DNA of 64,000 nucleotides from an uncultured Candidatus Saccharibacteria bacterium (GTDB lineage: Bacteria; Patescibacteriota; Minisyncoccia; UBA6257; UBA11618): contig CAYIII010000001.1 in NCBI GenBank assembly GCA_964363475.1, positions 2,170 to 66,169 of the forward strand. The letters are read 5' to 3'. Shown here piece by piece: positions 38,620 through 49,040 of this stretch. The notes below the pieces were generated by a model. That model saw only the letters and a list, made by a program, of their open reading frames with translations, made no database searches and had not been told where the DNA came from. Both the position numbers and the translations under genes were made by a program. Every line of letters begins with the position of its first letter. Positions within the stretch are counted from its first letter, which is position 1.

Positions 38620-39945
38620 TTATTTTAATTCATAAGAAACATTAAGGTCTGGAAGCATAGCGTTAATTGCCAACTCATCTTTCAATGCCTGCGCCAAAAC
38701 ATTGCCTTCTTTTTCTTCGCCTTGAACTAAAAATATATTTTTTAAATTTTGTCTTTGCGGCTTAATCCAATTTAATAATTGCGGTTTGTCGGCATGAGCG
38801 GAATAACCGCTAATGGCCTTAACCTTGCAATTCACATTAATCTCCTCGCCAAATATCTTAACTTTTTTCTCTCCATCCAATAATTTTCTTCCCAACGAAC
38901 CCATAGCTTGATAACCAACCACAAGCAATGTGCTGTTTGGGTCCGATAAATAACGGCGCTCGTGATGTAAAATTCTCCCGCCATTAGACATGCCGGAACC
39001 GGCAATAATCACCTTTGGAGGCAAGACATCATTAATTGATTTGGACTCTTCGGTAGTTAAGGTTGTCTTCAGGCCAGGAAAATTAAAATGCATACTGCCG
39101 TCAATCAAATAGCGGCGATTTTTCTCATAAACTTCGGTCAATTTAATCGCCAAAGGACTGTCAATAAAAACCGGGATTCTTGGAATTCGCTTTTGTTCAA
39201 CTAATTGGTCAATTTCAAAAATCATTTCCTGCGTTCGTTCCATGGCAAAAGCCGGAATCATTAAAACCCCATTACTTCTGACCACGTCCTCAATCAGGTC
39301 CTCAATGATTTCTTTTCTTTTTTCCAGGTCCTCGTGAATTCTGCCGCCATAAGTGGATTCCATTACGCAATAATCGGCCTCCGGCAATTCTTCTTTTGAG
39401 CCCAATAGCGGAGCCGGACTATTTCCCAAATCACCCGAAAAAACAATTTTAGTCCTTCCGTTATCAACAAGTATAAAACTTGAGCCCAAAATATGGCCAG
39501 CATTGTATAATCTCACTGATAAATTATCTATCTTAATGGATTGGTGATATTCCACTCCTTCCCATAATTGCATCGTCAATGAAATATCATTTGATGTGTA
39601 CAGTAATGGCTTATTTTTTTTATCAGCTTCTTGAGATAGAATATGCTCCGAATCCAAAAGTAAAAGCCCCGAGGCGTCTCTGGTGGGGGGAGTGGAAAAA
39701 ATTTTTCCGCCAAATCCCGATTTAACTAATTGAGGCAAGCGTCCAATGTGGTCAATATGAGAATGAGTAACAAAGACCGCTTTTATTTCTTTGGGGTCAT
39801 ACAAAAACGGCTCCCAATTATGGGCTTCGCAATAACTGCTTCCCTGATGCAATCCGCAATCTATCAAAATTTTAGTATCGCCATCTTCTAGCAAATAATT
39901 TGCTCCGGTAACCGATTTGACCGCCCCGTAGAAAGTTATCTTCAT
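38620..39945 (-). CDS. MBL-fold beta-CASP ribonuclease
   Basis: THSHIDHIG, AGHILGS, SGDLG, ESTYG, YSAHAD; start MKITFYG. Confidence 0.93.
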   Translation of the reverse strand: MKITFYGAVKSVTGANYLLEDGDTKILIDCGLHQGSSYCEAHNWEPFLYDPKEIKAVFVTHSHIDHIGRLPQLVKSGFGGKIFSTPPTRDASGLLLLDSEHILSQEADKKNKPLLYTSNDISLTMQLWEGVEYHQSIKIDNLSVRLYNAGHILGSSFILVDNGRTKIVFSGDLGNSPAPLLGSKEELPEADYCVMESTYGGRIHEDLEKRKEIIEDLIEDVVRSNGVLMIPAFAMERTQEMIFEIDQLVEQKRIPRIPVFIDSPLAIKLTEVYEKNRRYLIDGSMHFNFPGLKTTLTTEESKSINDVLPPKVIIAGSGMSNGGRILHHERRYLSDPNSTLLVVGYQAMGSLGRKLLDGEKKVKIFGEEINVNCKVKAISGYSAHADKPQLLNWIKPQRQNLKNIFLVQGEEKEGNVLAQALKDELAINAMLPDLNVSYELK

Positions 39946-41111
39946 ATGACAGATAATACCACTTGCTTGTCGCTCCAGGGAATTTTTTGGTTGTTTTTTT
40001 TGTGAATCCACCGCTCACTGCCCTTTCCGGTAATTGCCACGACATCGCCGGGCCCAGCCAAACTAACAGCTTTTTTAATAGCTTCTTTTCTGTCCAATAT
40101 TTTTTGAGCCCGAGGACAACCCGCGGCTATTTCATTAATAATGTCTTCCAGTTCTTCATTATATGAATCTTCATCCGTCAAGATGATTTCATCGCAATAT
40201 TGCCCGGCAATTTTACCCATTTCCGGACGCTTCCATTTATCTCTCCCCCCACCGGCCGCGCCTAATACACATATTAATTTGGAAATTGGTCCGCCAACTG
40301 GCGGATGGGAATTGGGATTTTTTTCTCTAAGGGCCTCATAAACTTTACGCAAAGAGTCCGGCGTATGAGCATAATCCAAAACCACGGCAAATGGTTCTTT
40401 TTTTAAAAATTCCATTCTTCCGGAAATTCCGGAGAACTCGCCCACGGCTTCTTTAATAATATCGCGCGCAATGCCTCGCGATTCCGCGAAAGCGACGGCG
40501 GCGCCGATATTATATTTATTAAAATCGCCAATTAAATTGGAAAACAAATCGCTTTTTTCATAAAGAATAATTTTTCCTCCTCCAACGGCATCTATGAAAT
40601 CTTTTGAGCTAGCATCGTCTTTATTAATTATAAATAATTTTGAGAATCCACTGCCCGCATACCTAAAAAAATCTAATTTGGCTTTTTTATAATTATCAAA
40701 CGAACCATGGGCTTCAATGTGTTCTGGAGACAAATTAGTAAAAATAACAGCATCCCACTTGATAAAACGGTGGCGACTTTGTGAAACCCCTTGAGAAGTT
40801 ACTTCTATTAGAGCGTAATCACATTTACCGACAACCGCTTTCTTCAAAAATCTTTGCAAGAAAAATCTTCCGGGCATTGTCATGGAGGACTCACCATTAC
40901 GCAAAGAAGAACTTACGGCTACTTTCTTTCCCGCTTTTTCTAAAATAAAAGCCGTAAGCTCTAAAACGGTGGACTTTCCTTTTGTGCCCGTAACACCTAA
41001 AACAAAAATGTTCCTTGAGGGAAAATCGCAGAATAAAGCGGCAAAAAAAGACCATAACCAGTGATAGATAAAAACCAGCCAAGAAAAACGATAAAATATC
41101 TTTCTAATCAT
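39942..41111 (-). CDS. murE: Mur ligase (MurE-like)
   Basis: GVTGTKGKST, EVTSQ, TNLSPEH, DYAHTPD. Confidence 0.88.
   Translation of the reverse strand: MIRKIFYRFSWLVFIYHWLWSFFAALFCDFPSRNIFVLGVTGTKGKSTVLELTAFILEKAGKKVAVSSSLRNGESSMTMPGRFFLQRFLKKAVVGKCDYALIEVTSQGVSQSRHRFIKWDAVIFTNLSPEHIEAHGSFDNYKKAKLDFFRYAGSGFSKLFIINKDDASSKDFIDAVGGGKIILYEKSDLFSNLIGDFNKYNIGAAVAFAESRGIARDIIKEAVGEFSGISGRMEFLKKEPFAVVLDYAHTPDSLRKVYEALREKNPNSHPPVGGPISKLICVLGAAGGGRDKWKRPEMGKIAGQYCDEIILTDEDSYNEELEDIINEIAAGCPRAQKILDRKEAIKKAVSLAGPGDVVAITGKGSERWIHKKNNQKIPWSDKQVVLSVI
40290..40305. repeat. TCCGCC-N4-GGCGGA palindrome within heptamer repeats (murE)
   Basis: ttggaaattgg tccgccaactggcgga tgggaattggg. Confidence 0.8.
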
Positions 41112-41686
41112 TTGCTTTTAATAATCTTAAGCGCGGCCATAAGTCGCGTCTCTAATCCTTTAATTTGAGAATCCAGTTGAGCAATGCCGCGTTGCGCTTG
41201 CTGCTTAGAATACCCCAAGCTCACCAAGGCCTCTTCCAGGTCCAAGTCGGATTCCATTAATCTCACTGTGCCGGCGGAATTTAAAGATGCCAATTTGCCT
41301 TTTAATTCTAAAATAATTCTTTCTCCAGTTTTCTTTCCAATTCCCGATGCTCTGGTCAATAAATCAATTTTCCCTTCATTAATGGCGGCAATCAAATTAT
41401 CCGAGGAGGATATCGCCATAACGCCCAAAGCGGTCTTGGGGCCAACGCCGTTAACTTGAATTAATTTTTCAAATAAATGCAGGTCCGATTCGTCTAAAAA
41501 TCCATATAAATCCAAAGCGTCTTCTTTGACGTGTAAATAAGAAAATAAACTGACACCGCTTCCCGTTAAGGGTAAATTTTTTGCGGTCCTGTGAGTGATA
41601 AAAACTTTATACCCTATTCCGCCGGCGCTAACTACCGCGAAGTTTTCCTTTTTAGACAATAATTGACCCGATAGAAAATAAATCAT
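41108..41686 (-). CDS. ruvA: Holliday junction branch migration protein RuvA
   Basis: GIGYKV, LYGF, VNGVGPKTA, GIGKKT; start MIYFLSG. Confidence 0.95.
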   Translation of the reverse strand: MIYFLSGQLLSKKENFAVVSAGGIGYKVFITHRTAKNLPLTGSGVSLFSYLHVKEDALDLYGFLDESDLHLFEKLIQVNGVGPKTALGVMAISSSDNLIAAINEGKIDLLTRASGIGKKTGERIILELKGKLASLNSAGTVRLMESDLDLEEALVSLGYSKQQAQRGIAQLDSQIKGLETRLMAALKIIKSK

Positions 41687-41691
41687 TTTAT

Positions 41692-41731
41692 AGTGAGCTT
41701 GTCCTGAGCCGCGCCGAAGGGCTTGTCGAAC
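41692..41731 (-). repeat. 40-bp REP-like repeat, copy 2
   Basis: Matches 10121-10160. Confidence 0.85.
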
Positions 41732-41783
41732 TATTGCTTCCATAATATAGGACTTTATGGCATAATTCCAGCTCATTTCAAAT

Positions 41784-43547
41784 ATGAGCTTCCAGCTAAT
41801 ATCACAATTCACGCCGCAAGGAGACCAGCCCCAAGCAATCGCAAAACTTGTTGATGGCGTTGAAAAAAATTTTAAAAATCAGGTTTTGTTAGGTATAACC
41901 GGCTCAGGCAAGACCTTCACGATGGCTTCAGTAATTAAAAAATTAAAAATGCCCGCCCTGGTAATTTCCCCGAACAAAACCCTTGCCGCCCAGCTATACC
42001 AGGAATTCAAATCTTTTTTCCCCAATAATGCCATCCAGTATTTTGTATCTTACTATGATTATTACCAACCAGAGGCCTATCTGCCTTTAAGCAATACTTA
42101 TATACAAAAAGAGGCCCGCGTAAATGCCGAAATTGATAAGTTGCGCCACGCAACTATCCAAAGCGTCTTAACAAGAAAAGACACACTGGTAGTGGCGTCT
42201 GTTTCTTGCATATACGGCATTGGCGACCCCGACCTCTATAAAAATGTAAGATTAGAATTAAGAGCCGGCCAAGTAATTAGCAGTCAGGACTTAATTCGCC
42301 ACCTTAATTTACTTCAATACCAAAGGAACGACAACGAACCGGGGTTGGGAGAATTTTCCGTAACAAATACGGCTAAAGGCAGCAGGATTTTTATTCATTT
42401 GGTAACCGACGAAAAAATTAATATTGAAATCAAAAAAAGGAAAATTACCTCATCCGCATCCATTTATCCGGCTAAATTTTGGGTTGCTCCGCAACACAAA
42501 TTTAATTTATCTTTACAAAATATAAAATCGGAAATGGAGCAAAGAATAGAAGAATTGCAATCCGCCAATAAATTTGAGGAAGCGGAACGGCTTGAAAAGA
42601 AAACATTATTTGACCTGGCAATGCTTAAAAAAAATAAATACGTAAACGGCATTGAAAATTATTCCCGCCATTTAAATTTTCGAACGCCGGGAGACCCGCC
42701 GTTAACTCTTTTGGATTACTTTCCCAAACCATTTTTATTATTTATAGACGAATCGCATATTTCCGTCCCCCAACTCAACGCCATGCAAGAAAGCGACCGC
42801 CGCCGCAAGCAAGTTTTGGTGGACTACGGTTTTCGTCTACCTTCGGCTCTTGATAATCGCCCGCTCACTTTCGTGGAGTTTAACCAAAAAATAGGACAAA
42901 CTATTTTTGTTTCCGCCACTCCAAGCCGCTATGAATTAGAAAGGGCAAAACAAAACGGACAAATAGCGGAACAATTAGTTCGGCCCACCGGCATTTTAGA
43001 CCCAAAAATAAAAATAAGGTCCGCTCAAAATCAAGTTCACGATTTGCTTAAAGAAATCAAAATAAGAATTGATAAAAACGAAAGGGTCCTAGCGTTAACT
43101 TTAACTAAAAGAGCGTCCGAGGACTTAACAGAATTTTTATTAAAAAGGGGAATTAAAGCCAATTATCTGCATTCAGAAATAAAAACACTAAAAAGAACAG
43201 AAGTGTTGAGCTCGCTTCGCAGAGGAGAAATAGATGTGATTGTGGGAATAAACTTATTGAGAGAAGGACTGGATTTGCCGGAAGTAAGTTTGGTAGCCAT
43301 TTTAGACGCTGACCGCGAAGGATTTTTAAGAAGCCATCGCAGTTTGATTCAAATGGCCGGACGCGCCGCCCGCTCCATTAATGGCGAAGTTATTTTATAC
43401 GCCGATTTTATGACCGAATCAATAAAAAAGACAATTCTGGAAACAGTGAGACGGCGTAAAATACAAATAAAATACAATAAGCAAACTAACATAAAGCCGA
43501 AAGCAATAATAAAGGACGAATACGCGGTATTGTCAAAAACCCAATAA
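41784..43547 (+). CDS. uvrB: Excinuclease ABC subunit B
   Basis: GITGSGKT, YYDYYQPEAY, DESH, NLLREGLDLPEV. Confidence 0.97.
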   Translation: MSFQLISQFTPQGDQPQAIAKLVDGVEKNFKNQVLLGITGSGKTFTMASVIKKLKMPALVISPNKTLAAQLYQEFKSFFPNNAIQYFVSYYDYYQPEAYLPLSNTYIQKEARVNAEIDKLRHATIQSVLTRKDTLVVASVSCIYGIGDPDLYKNVRLELRAGQVISSQDLIRHLNLLQYQRNDNEPGLGEFSVTNTAKGSRIFIHLVTDEKINIEIKKRKITSSASIYPAKFWVAPQHKFNLSLQNIKSEMEQRIEELQSANKFEEAERLEKKTLFDLAMLKKNKYVNGIENYSRHLNFRTPGDPPLTLLDYFPKPFLLFIDESHISVPQLNAMQESDRRRKQVLVDYGFRLPSALDNRPLTFVEFNQKIGQTIFVSATPSRYELERAKQNGQIAEQLVRPTGILDPKIKIRSAQNQVHDLLKEIKIRIDKNERVLALTLTKRASEDLTEFLLKRGIKANYLHSEIKTLKRTEVLSSLRRGEIDVIVGINLLREGLDLPEVSLVAILDADREGFLRSHRSLIQMAGRAARSINGEVILYADFMTESIKKTILETVRRRKIQIKYNKQTNIKPKAIIKDEYAVLSKTQ

Positions 43548-43565
43548 TCAATTAGTATAACTGGC

Positions 43566-43820
43566 ATGCCGATAACAAGTTCCGCTAAAAAGGCCTTAAG
43601 ACAAAATAGGAAAATTAGGGTCATTAACGAAAAGCGCAAAAAGAATCTTAAAGACACTATTAAAAAATTTAAAAAAGATTTAAAATCGGAAGGTTTGTCG
43701 TTAGTTTATCAAGCCCTAGATAAAGCCGCTAAAATGAATCTTATAAAGAAAAATAAGGCCTCTCGCCTAAAATCCCGCTTATCTCACTTGATAGCAAAAT
43801 CTGTTAAGGCGGTTTCGTAA
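43566..43820 (+). CDS. rpsT: 30S ribosomal protein S20
   Basis: SAKKALRQ, LDKAAK..IKKNKASRLKSRL. Confidence 0.95.
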   Translation: MPITSSAKKALRQNRKIRVINEKRKKNLKDTIKKFKKDLKSEGLSLVYQALDKAAKMNLIKKNKASRLKSRLSHLIAKSVKAVS

Positions 43821-43828
43821 CAGGAGGA

Positions 43829-46348
43829 CTAGGGAAGAGGGATGCCACTTTCTATCTCTGAGAGAGAGCCGTCAATATATTCATAATTATAAAAACTGTC
43901 TATCACCCAGTAAGGAAGCGCCCTCACATAACTCGGCAGTCCTCCTTGTTCCTTTTCATATAACTCCGCAAATTCTCCTACTAATCTTTCGGTTTCTTCT
44001 ACTAAGAGACGTCTCATAAATTCACATCTTTTTTCTTCATCAGCTATATACTCACTGTCACCCACCTTAGAAAGCAATGACTTAGCTTGATGCTCATCAA
44101 TAGGAAAACCATATTCTCTTAAGAGAAATCCGAAAGCTCTTGCCGTTAATAAAGGGTCCTCTAATAAGAGGTCGCTTCCCGTTCTTCTGCTTTTCTTATA
44201 AAAAAGGTTTAACTCTTCACAAGGTATACAATACACCATAGAAACATCCGGGATATTGACGCCTTTCTCGGCCAACCACCTATCTCTAAGCTCAACAAGA
44301 GTACCGATATTGCCAACATTACCAACAATAGTAACGGGGGCGGAAGTAAGGGCCCTACCAAAAACACCTAGCCCCTTCCCCAAAGATGTCCACCAGCTTG
44401 TCGGGGGTTTTGGCGCAGTAACCGGAACTGTTGTAAGAGGTTTAACTACAATCCCCCTTGGTCCTGACTCTAAAGCTTTAAGTGGCTTGATATCGGGAAT
44501 ATCGGAAATTTGAGCCGGTTTAGAATAAACTTGTTTCCTTCGTATTCTAATGTCTGGTAGTTCTTGCCTTGCATCTACTACAAATAAGTCCGGAACCGTT
44601 GTTGGTCGAGACGGAAGACTAGGAAGCGCTTGTTTGGCATGCAAATCTAGCACCTTGCCCCTTGCATGTCTATATGCTCTATAAATATGTTCATCAACAA
44701 TCGATGGTGATAGCTTATTCCCTTGATTCCATTCATAGATTCTAGATTGAACAACTTCTTGTTGTGGAAGCGATAAATCATACATATATTTTTCAAATAA
44801 TTCTACTAACCTGCCCTCTTCCTTTCGAATGACAGGGAGTTGTTGAGTCTTCCTGGCGGCATTGACATAATGCGCTGGTCTAACATCTATTTGCGAAAAG
44901 GGCTTTCCCCCTCTCGCGTGCTCTTCAACTATTCGTCTTTGCGAGTCAGTAAAATATGATGGATGTTTTTCGACAGCTTCTAAAATCTTAATTTTATCTT
45001 TCGTACCTCCTTTTAAGTCGACACCTGCTTTTGTATCTACGCTATTAAAATATTTACTAATAACAAGCTGCCCTCCCCTAGGAGAAATTTCACGCATGGT
45101 CTCTGGTAAATGCCCCTCATCAATTAATTTATTTAAAATAGTTGTATAATCTAATTTATCTCCATTTTTCCAAGTTAATCTTAGTTCTGATACTCTCCGC
45201 TCAATTATAGTGATTTTTCCTTCATTAAACGCCTCAAGAATTAATCTCTTTGTTTCTTCTTCTTCTTTTAAAATATCAGGTAGCGTTGCAATCCTGGCCT
45301 GGATCGCATCCCAGCTTTCACTAACGACTTTTGGTTTTATCGATTCATTTTTAGCAATCTCTATAAAAGTATGCTTGCTGCCGTCTTCGCGACGGGTAAG
45401 ATAAGCTCTAGCAATATCTCTCATTCTGGAAGTAAAATACTGGGGATATTCATCAATGACGCTTAATAAGCGAGCTTCACTTTCTAAGTCAGAAAAAAGC
45501 GTAGCCGTTTTTGAAAGAGCGTCATTAAGAGAATTTCGAACGGATCTTACTGATAAATTAGTTCCGTATAACTTATTATACTCCAATGTTATTTCTGCTA
45601 CCGCGCCTCTACCAACAAAACCCTGATTAGTGTAAATTTCCATTATCCTATATTGTTGTTCGGTAAAAACTCCAGGATATTTGAGCAATAAATCCCCCAG
45701 AGGAGATCTAACTCCTATTGCTTTTTTGGAATCGTGTATATGTACAAGAATACCAGCGTAAGCATCCATTACTTCATCCACAGTCCAATCTAGTTCTTGA
45801 GCAATTTTAGTAAATAAATCACCTTGTTGATTTTCTGGCTTTAAAAGCGATTCTATAAGCTTTTTTTCGTCATGATTTTTCGGCAAAGAATTGGCATAAT
45901 CTTGAAAAGCTTTTTTAGAAAAAGGATGCTGTGAGGCAATCTCTGTTGGGACAATTAATGATATTTTATTTCCAGTTTTAATATTTTCGATGTAAAAATC
46001 GCTACCGGGTCCAGCTTGATATAATGGTAAATCCGTTCTATCGAATCTTATTCGAAATCCTAACTCCTCTATTTCCTTATAGTGATCACTGTAAACATCC
46101 AATATAGCTTCCGCTTTCGCATGGGACCTACTAAATGTTTCAGGTTCATACGACGAAACCTTATCCAAATTCAGCCACTTTTCTCCCGTTACTACATCTT
46201 CTTCGCCACCATATTTATTGTAAACCTTTTCTAAATCTGTACGAAATGCTTCCCACAATTCTTCTAACGATAGGGGAGCGGCCCAAGTTGCAGAAAATAC
46301 CACAAAAAATAGACAGTAAAATAAGGTTAACGATAGAAAGCCACGCAT
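43829..46348 (-). CDS. Large orphan secreted protein with tandem sigma-region-4-like repeats
   Basis: Signal peptide (MRGFLSLTLFYCLFFVVFSATWA), about five T-x-x-Q/E-R-x-I helical repeats, C-terminal block shared with 54613-56295. Confidence 0.7.
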   Translation of the reverse strand: MRGFLSLTLFYCLFFVVFSATWAAPLSLEELWEAFRTDLEKVYNKYGGEEDVVTGEKWLNLDKVSSYEPETFSRSHAKAEAILDVYSDHYKEIEELGFRIRFDRTDLPLYQAGPGSDFYIENIKTGNKISLIVPTEIASQHPFSKKAFQDYANSLPKNHDEKKLIESLLKPENQQGDLFTKIAQELDWTVDEVMDAYAGILVHIHDSKKAIGVRSPLGDLLLKYPGVFTEQQYRIMEIYTNQGFVGRGAVAEITLEYNKLYGTNLSVRSVRNSLNDALSKTATLFSDLESEARLLSVIDEYPQYFTSRMRDIARAYLTRREDGSKHTFIEIAKNESIKPKVVSESWDAIQARIATLPDILKEEEETKRLILEAFNEGKITIIERRVSELRLTWKNGDKLDYTTILNKLIDEGHLPETMREISPRGGQLVISKYFNSVDTKAGVDLKGGTKDKIKILEAVEKHPSYFTDSQRRIVEEHARGGKPFSQIDVRPAHYVNAARKTQQLPVIRKEEGRLVELFEKYMYDLSLPQQEVVQSRIYEWNQGNKLSPSIVDEHIYRAYRHARGKVLDLHAKQALPSLPSRPTTVPDLFVVDARQELPDIRIRRKQVYSKPAQISDIPDIKPLKALESGPRGIVVKPLTTVPVTAPKPPTSWWTSLGKGLGVFGRALTSAPVTIVGNVGNIGTLVELRDRWLAEKGVNIPDVSMVYCIPCEELNLFYKKSRRTGSDLLLEDPLLTARAFGFLLREYGFPIDEHQAKSLLSKVGDSEYIADEEKRCEFMRRLLVEETERLVGEFAELYEKEQGGLPSYVRALPYWVIDSFYNYEYIDGSLSEIESGIPLP

Positions 46349-46355
46349 AGGTAAA

Positions 46356-47126
46356 TCATAACATAATAGCAAAATCAGTTAGAGCGGTTTCGTAGTCCAA
46401 TTTTCCCGATTTAACGGCAATGTCATAATCGGCCATTAATTTTTTATTTTCAGGACTTGTCGTGAAAGCCAAAACATTAAATATCTTAGCCGGGTCTTCT
46501 TCTTTTATTAATGTCTCCAAAATGGGTATTTTGCTTAAAAAATTACCGCGAGATAATTTATTAACTAAATTAAAAAAATCGTACCCTAATTGGAAATTGG
46601 TTCGCCAGTTGGCGGATGGAAATTGGAAATTATACAAAGCCAATTTGTCTAGCTCCGTAACAAGTCCCCAGCAATCCCCCCTATATTGCCTTAATAAATT
46701 ATTTAAAAAATCCAAAGGCAATTTTAGGTCTCTTTTTTCCAATTCTTTTTGCGCAAACTTTTCCCAGTCCTTATTTTGTAAAGTATCAAACTCTTGAAAA
46801 ATAACCGGTTTCTTCAAGAGAAAATCAAATTCCTTATTGGGCTTGTCATCAGAGACCAGCAATAAAATAAGCTCCTTTGTTGATAAGTTCTTCTTGAAAA
46901 TTTCTTTTAATTCCGATTGGAAGGGATTGGCAACTACTGCCATTCTGAAAGAATCAAACAAAGAAACCGCCGACACAAATTCCTTCAAACGAATCAAATC
47001 GTCGCCCTCCTCTAAATCAAACTTATCAACGCTTAAATGAGAATGTTTTAATTGATACTGCTTAACAATCTCCTTCTGCTTATGAAATCTGAAATATGAT
47101 TCCGGGCCGTAGAGAAAAATAATCAT
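46356..47126 (-). CDS. holA: DNA polymerase III delta subunit-like
   Basis: MIIFLYGPESY, SLF, ELDKL, DIAVKSG. Confidence 0.8.
   Translation of the reverse strand: MIIFLYGPESYFRFHKQKEIVKQYQLKHSHLSVDKFDLEEGDDLIRLKEFVSAVSLFDSFRMAVVANPFQSELKEIFKKNLSTKELILLLVSDDKPNKEFDFLLKKPVIFQEFDTLQNKDWEKFAQKELEKRDLKLPLDFLNNLLRQYRGDCWGLVTELDKLALYNFQFPSANWRTNFQLGYDFFNLVNKLSRGNFLSKIPILETLIKEEDPAKIFNVLAFTTSPENKKLMADYDIAVKSGKLDYETALTDFAIML
46601..46616. repeat. TCCGCC palindrome variant within heptamer repeats (holA)
   Basis: tggaaattgg ttcgccagttggcgga tggaaattggaaatt. Confidence 0.8.
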
Positions 47127-47974
47127 TGAATCTGGCAATTAGGACAATAATAAGCGGACCTGCCTCCTTTTTTAGAACGAATAATCTTAGTTCCACACCT
47201 TTTGCAGGACTCTCTTTCTCTTTTATAAACAAGCCGTCTGTCGCCATAAAAACCTGATTTACCATCAATGTCCCGATAATCGCTGACGGACGTCCCCCGC
47301 AATTTAAGAGCCGATTTGAGAACTTTTTTCATTGCCAAATATATTCTTTTAATTTCTTCTTCGCTTAATTTTTTAGCCGACTTGAAAGGAAAAACCTTTC
47401 CCTCCCATAAAATATCACTGGAATATATATTGCCGATACCGGCAATAACCGTTTGGTCCATTAAAACCTGGTAAATCGTTTTATTCCTGCTTTTTATTTT
47501 TTCAGCAAAACCCTCAACCCTTAATTTAGAATCAAGGGCGTCGGGTCCCAGCTTCTTTAATTCCGGCAAATCTTCTATTTCCTTTTTAGGCCCAAAAACG
47601 GCTTTGGCGAATTTTCTTAAGTCGGAAAGGCCAATCATCTCGCCGTTGTCTAAAATTAAAATAAAATGAATATACCCATTAACTTTTTCTTTTAAAGATT
47701 CCGGAGCCAGAGGCACGATTTTTCTTCCGTCAATTTTCCACTTTCCAACCAAAATATGACCGGTCATTTTTTGATGAACCAGCAAAATCTTATCATCGCT
47801 TAAATAAAATAAAATATTTTTTCCTCGCCTAACCACCCTTTGAATGGTTAAACCAACGGACTTTTCTGTAATTTTTAATTTGTTCCAGTCAAACCAAGCG
47901 CCAACTATTTTAAGGCCCGCTACTCTTTTATTTAAGCCGTCAACTATTGTTTGGACTTCAGGAAGTTCGGGCAT
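47123..47974 (-). CDS. mutM: Formamidopyrimidine-DNA glycosylase
   Basis: MPELPEV, RRGK, GIGNIY, zinc finger CPNCQ. Confidence 0.96.
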   Translation of the reverse strand: MPELPEVQTIVDGLNKRVAGLKIVGAWFDWNKLKITEKSVGLTIQRVVRRGKNILFYLSDDKILLVHQKMTGHILVGKWKIDGRKIVPLAPESLKEKVNGYIHFILILDNGEMIGLSDLRKFAKAVFGPKKEIEDLPELKKLGPDALDSKLRVEGFAEKIKSRNKTIYQVLMDQTVIAGIGNIYSSDILWEGKVFPFKSAKKLSEEEIKRIYLAMKKVLKSALKLRGTSVSDYRDIDGKSGFYGDRRLVYKRERESCKRCGTKIIRSKKGGRSAYYCPNCQIQ

Positions 47975-49040
47975 GTTCTAACGGCAATGTAAAATAAAAA
48001 GTTGATCCCCTGTCTAATACGGATTCCACCCAAACATTCCCTCCGTGTTCCTCAATAATATTTTTTACTAAATATAATCCCAAGCCGGAACCACCCACGA
48101 CAAACTTTTCAACATTTTTAGCCCGAAAAAATTTGCTAAATAAATTAGGCAAATCATCTTCTGAAATACCAATGCCAGTGTCCTTAACGGAAACCTGCAC
48201 TGAATTATTTTTCTTGCTTACACCTACTGTTATCCTGCCCCCCGAAACATTATATTTTATGGCATTATCAATTAAATTAGATATAGCCAGCCCCAGTTTC
48301 GCGGAATCCGCAGAAACCGTAATTTCTTTTTCCGGAGGTCTTTCAAAATAAAGATTAACTTTGTATTCTCCAGCAATAGGCGATGCCTCTGCCAATAATT
48401 TGTCCAAAAAATCTATCAAATTGATGTTTTGAAACTGATAATCAAACCTACCTTCCTCTAGTTGGGCGACGTTTAACAAATCATTAATAATTTTTAATAA
48501 TCCCTGCGATGTTTTATAACCGATATTCACCGCCTCCCTTGAAGAAACATTCAGGCCTTGATCCTTCATTAAATTCTCAAAAGACCAATTAATAGCCGTT
48601 GCGGGAGTTCGTAATTGGTGTGCGGCGACAGTCACAAAATCGCTTTTGGACTTTAACAAAGACGCCTCTCGGGTAACGTCTTTGACCAGTTTTATAAAAG
48701 CGATAATTTGCCCTCCTTCGTCTTTAACCTGACTGGTGCGGGTCTCATATTCTTTACGCGGATTATCTAATATTATCTTCAAGACCTGAAAATCGTCATT
48801 TGTTTCGGAAAGCCGCACGACAGTGGGAGCCAAAGACGAATAAATAATCATAGATAAAGATTTCCAACTGGAATCTTGCGCTTTATCCAAAGTAAAATTT
48901 TGGCCAATTATATCTTGGGCCTTCACGCCAAACATATCTTCAGCCCCTTTATTGAAATGTAAAATCTGAAAATTATTATCGTAAATAATCAGGCCGCTAT
49001 CAAGGGTCTCTGCTAATATTTTTAATAATTGCGTATCCAT
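47958..49040 (-). CDS. PAS-domain sensor histidine kinase
   Basis: AAHQLRTP, NLIDNAIKY, DTGIG, GSGLGL. Confidence 0.92.
   Translation of the reverse strand: MDTQLLKILAETLDSGLIIYDNNFQILHFNKGAEDMFGVKAQDIIGQNFTLDKAQDSSWKSLSMIIYSSLAPTVVRLSETNDDFQVLKIILDNPRKEYETRTSQVKDEGGQIIAFIKLVKDVTREASLLKSKSDFVTVAAHQLRTPATAINWSFENLMKDQGLNVSSREAVNIGYKTSQGLLKIINDLLNVAQLEEGRFDYQFQNINLIDFLDKLLAEASPIAGEYKVNLYFERPPEKEITVSADSAKLGLAISNLIDNAIKYNVSGGRITVGVSKKNNSVQVSVKDTGIGISEDDLPNLFSKFFRAKNVEKFVVGGSGLGLYLVKNIIEEHGGNVWVESVLDRGSTFYFTLPLEHARTS

Noticed and set aside
41687-41812. Long N-terminal extension of RuvA
   Set aside because: Translates the 40-bp repeat and overlaps the uvrB start; RuvA homology begins at MIYFLSG
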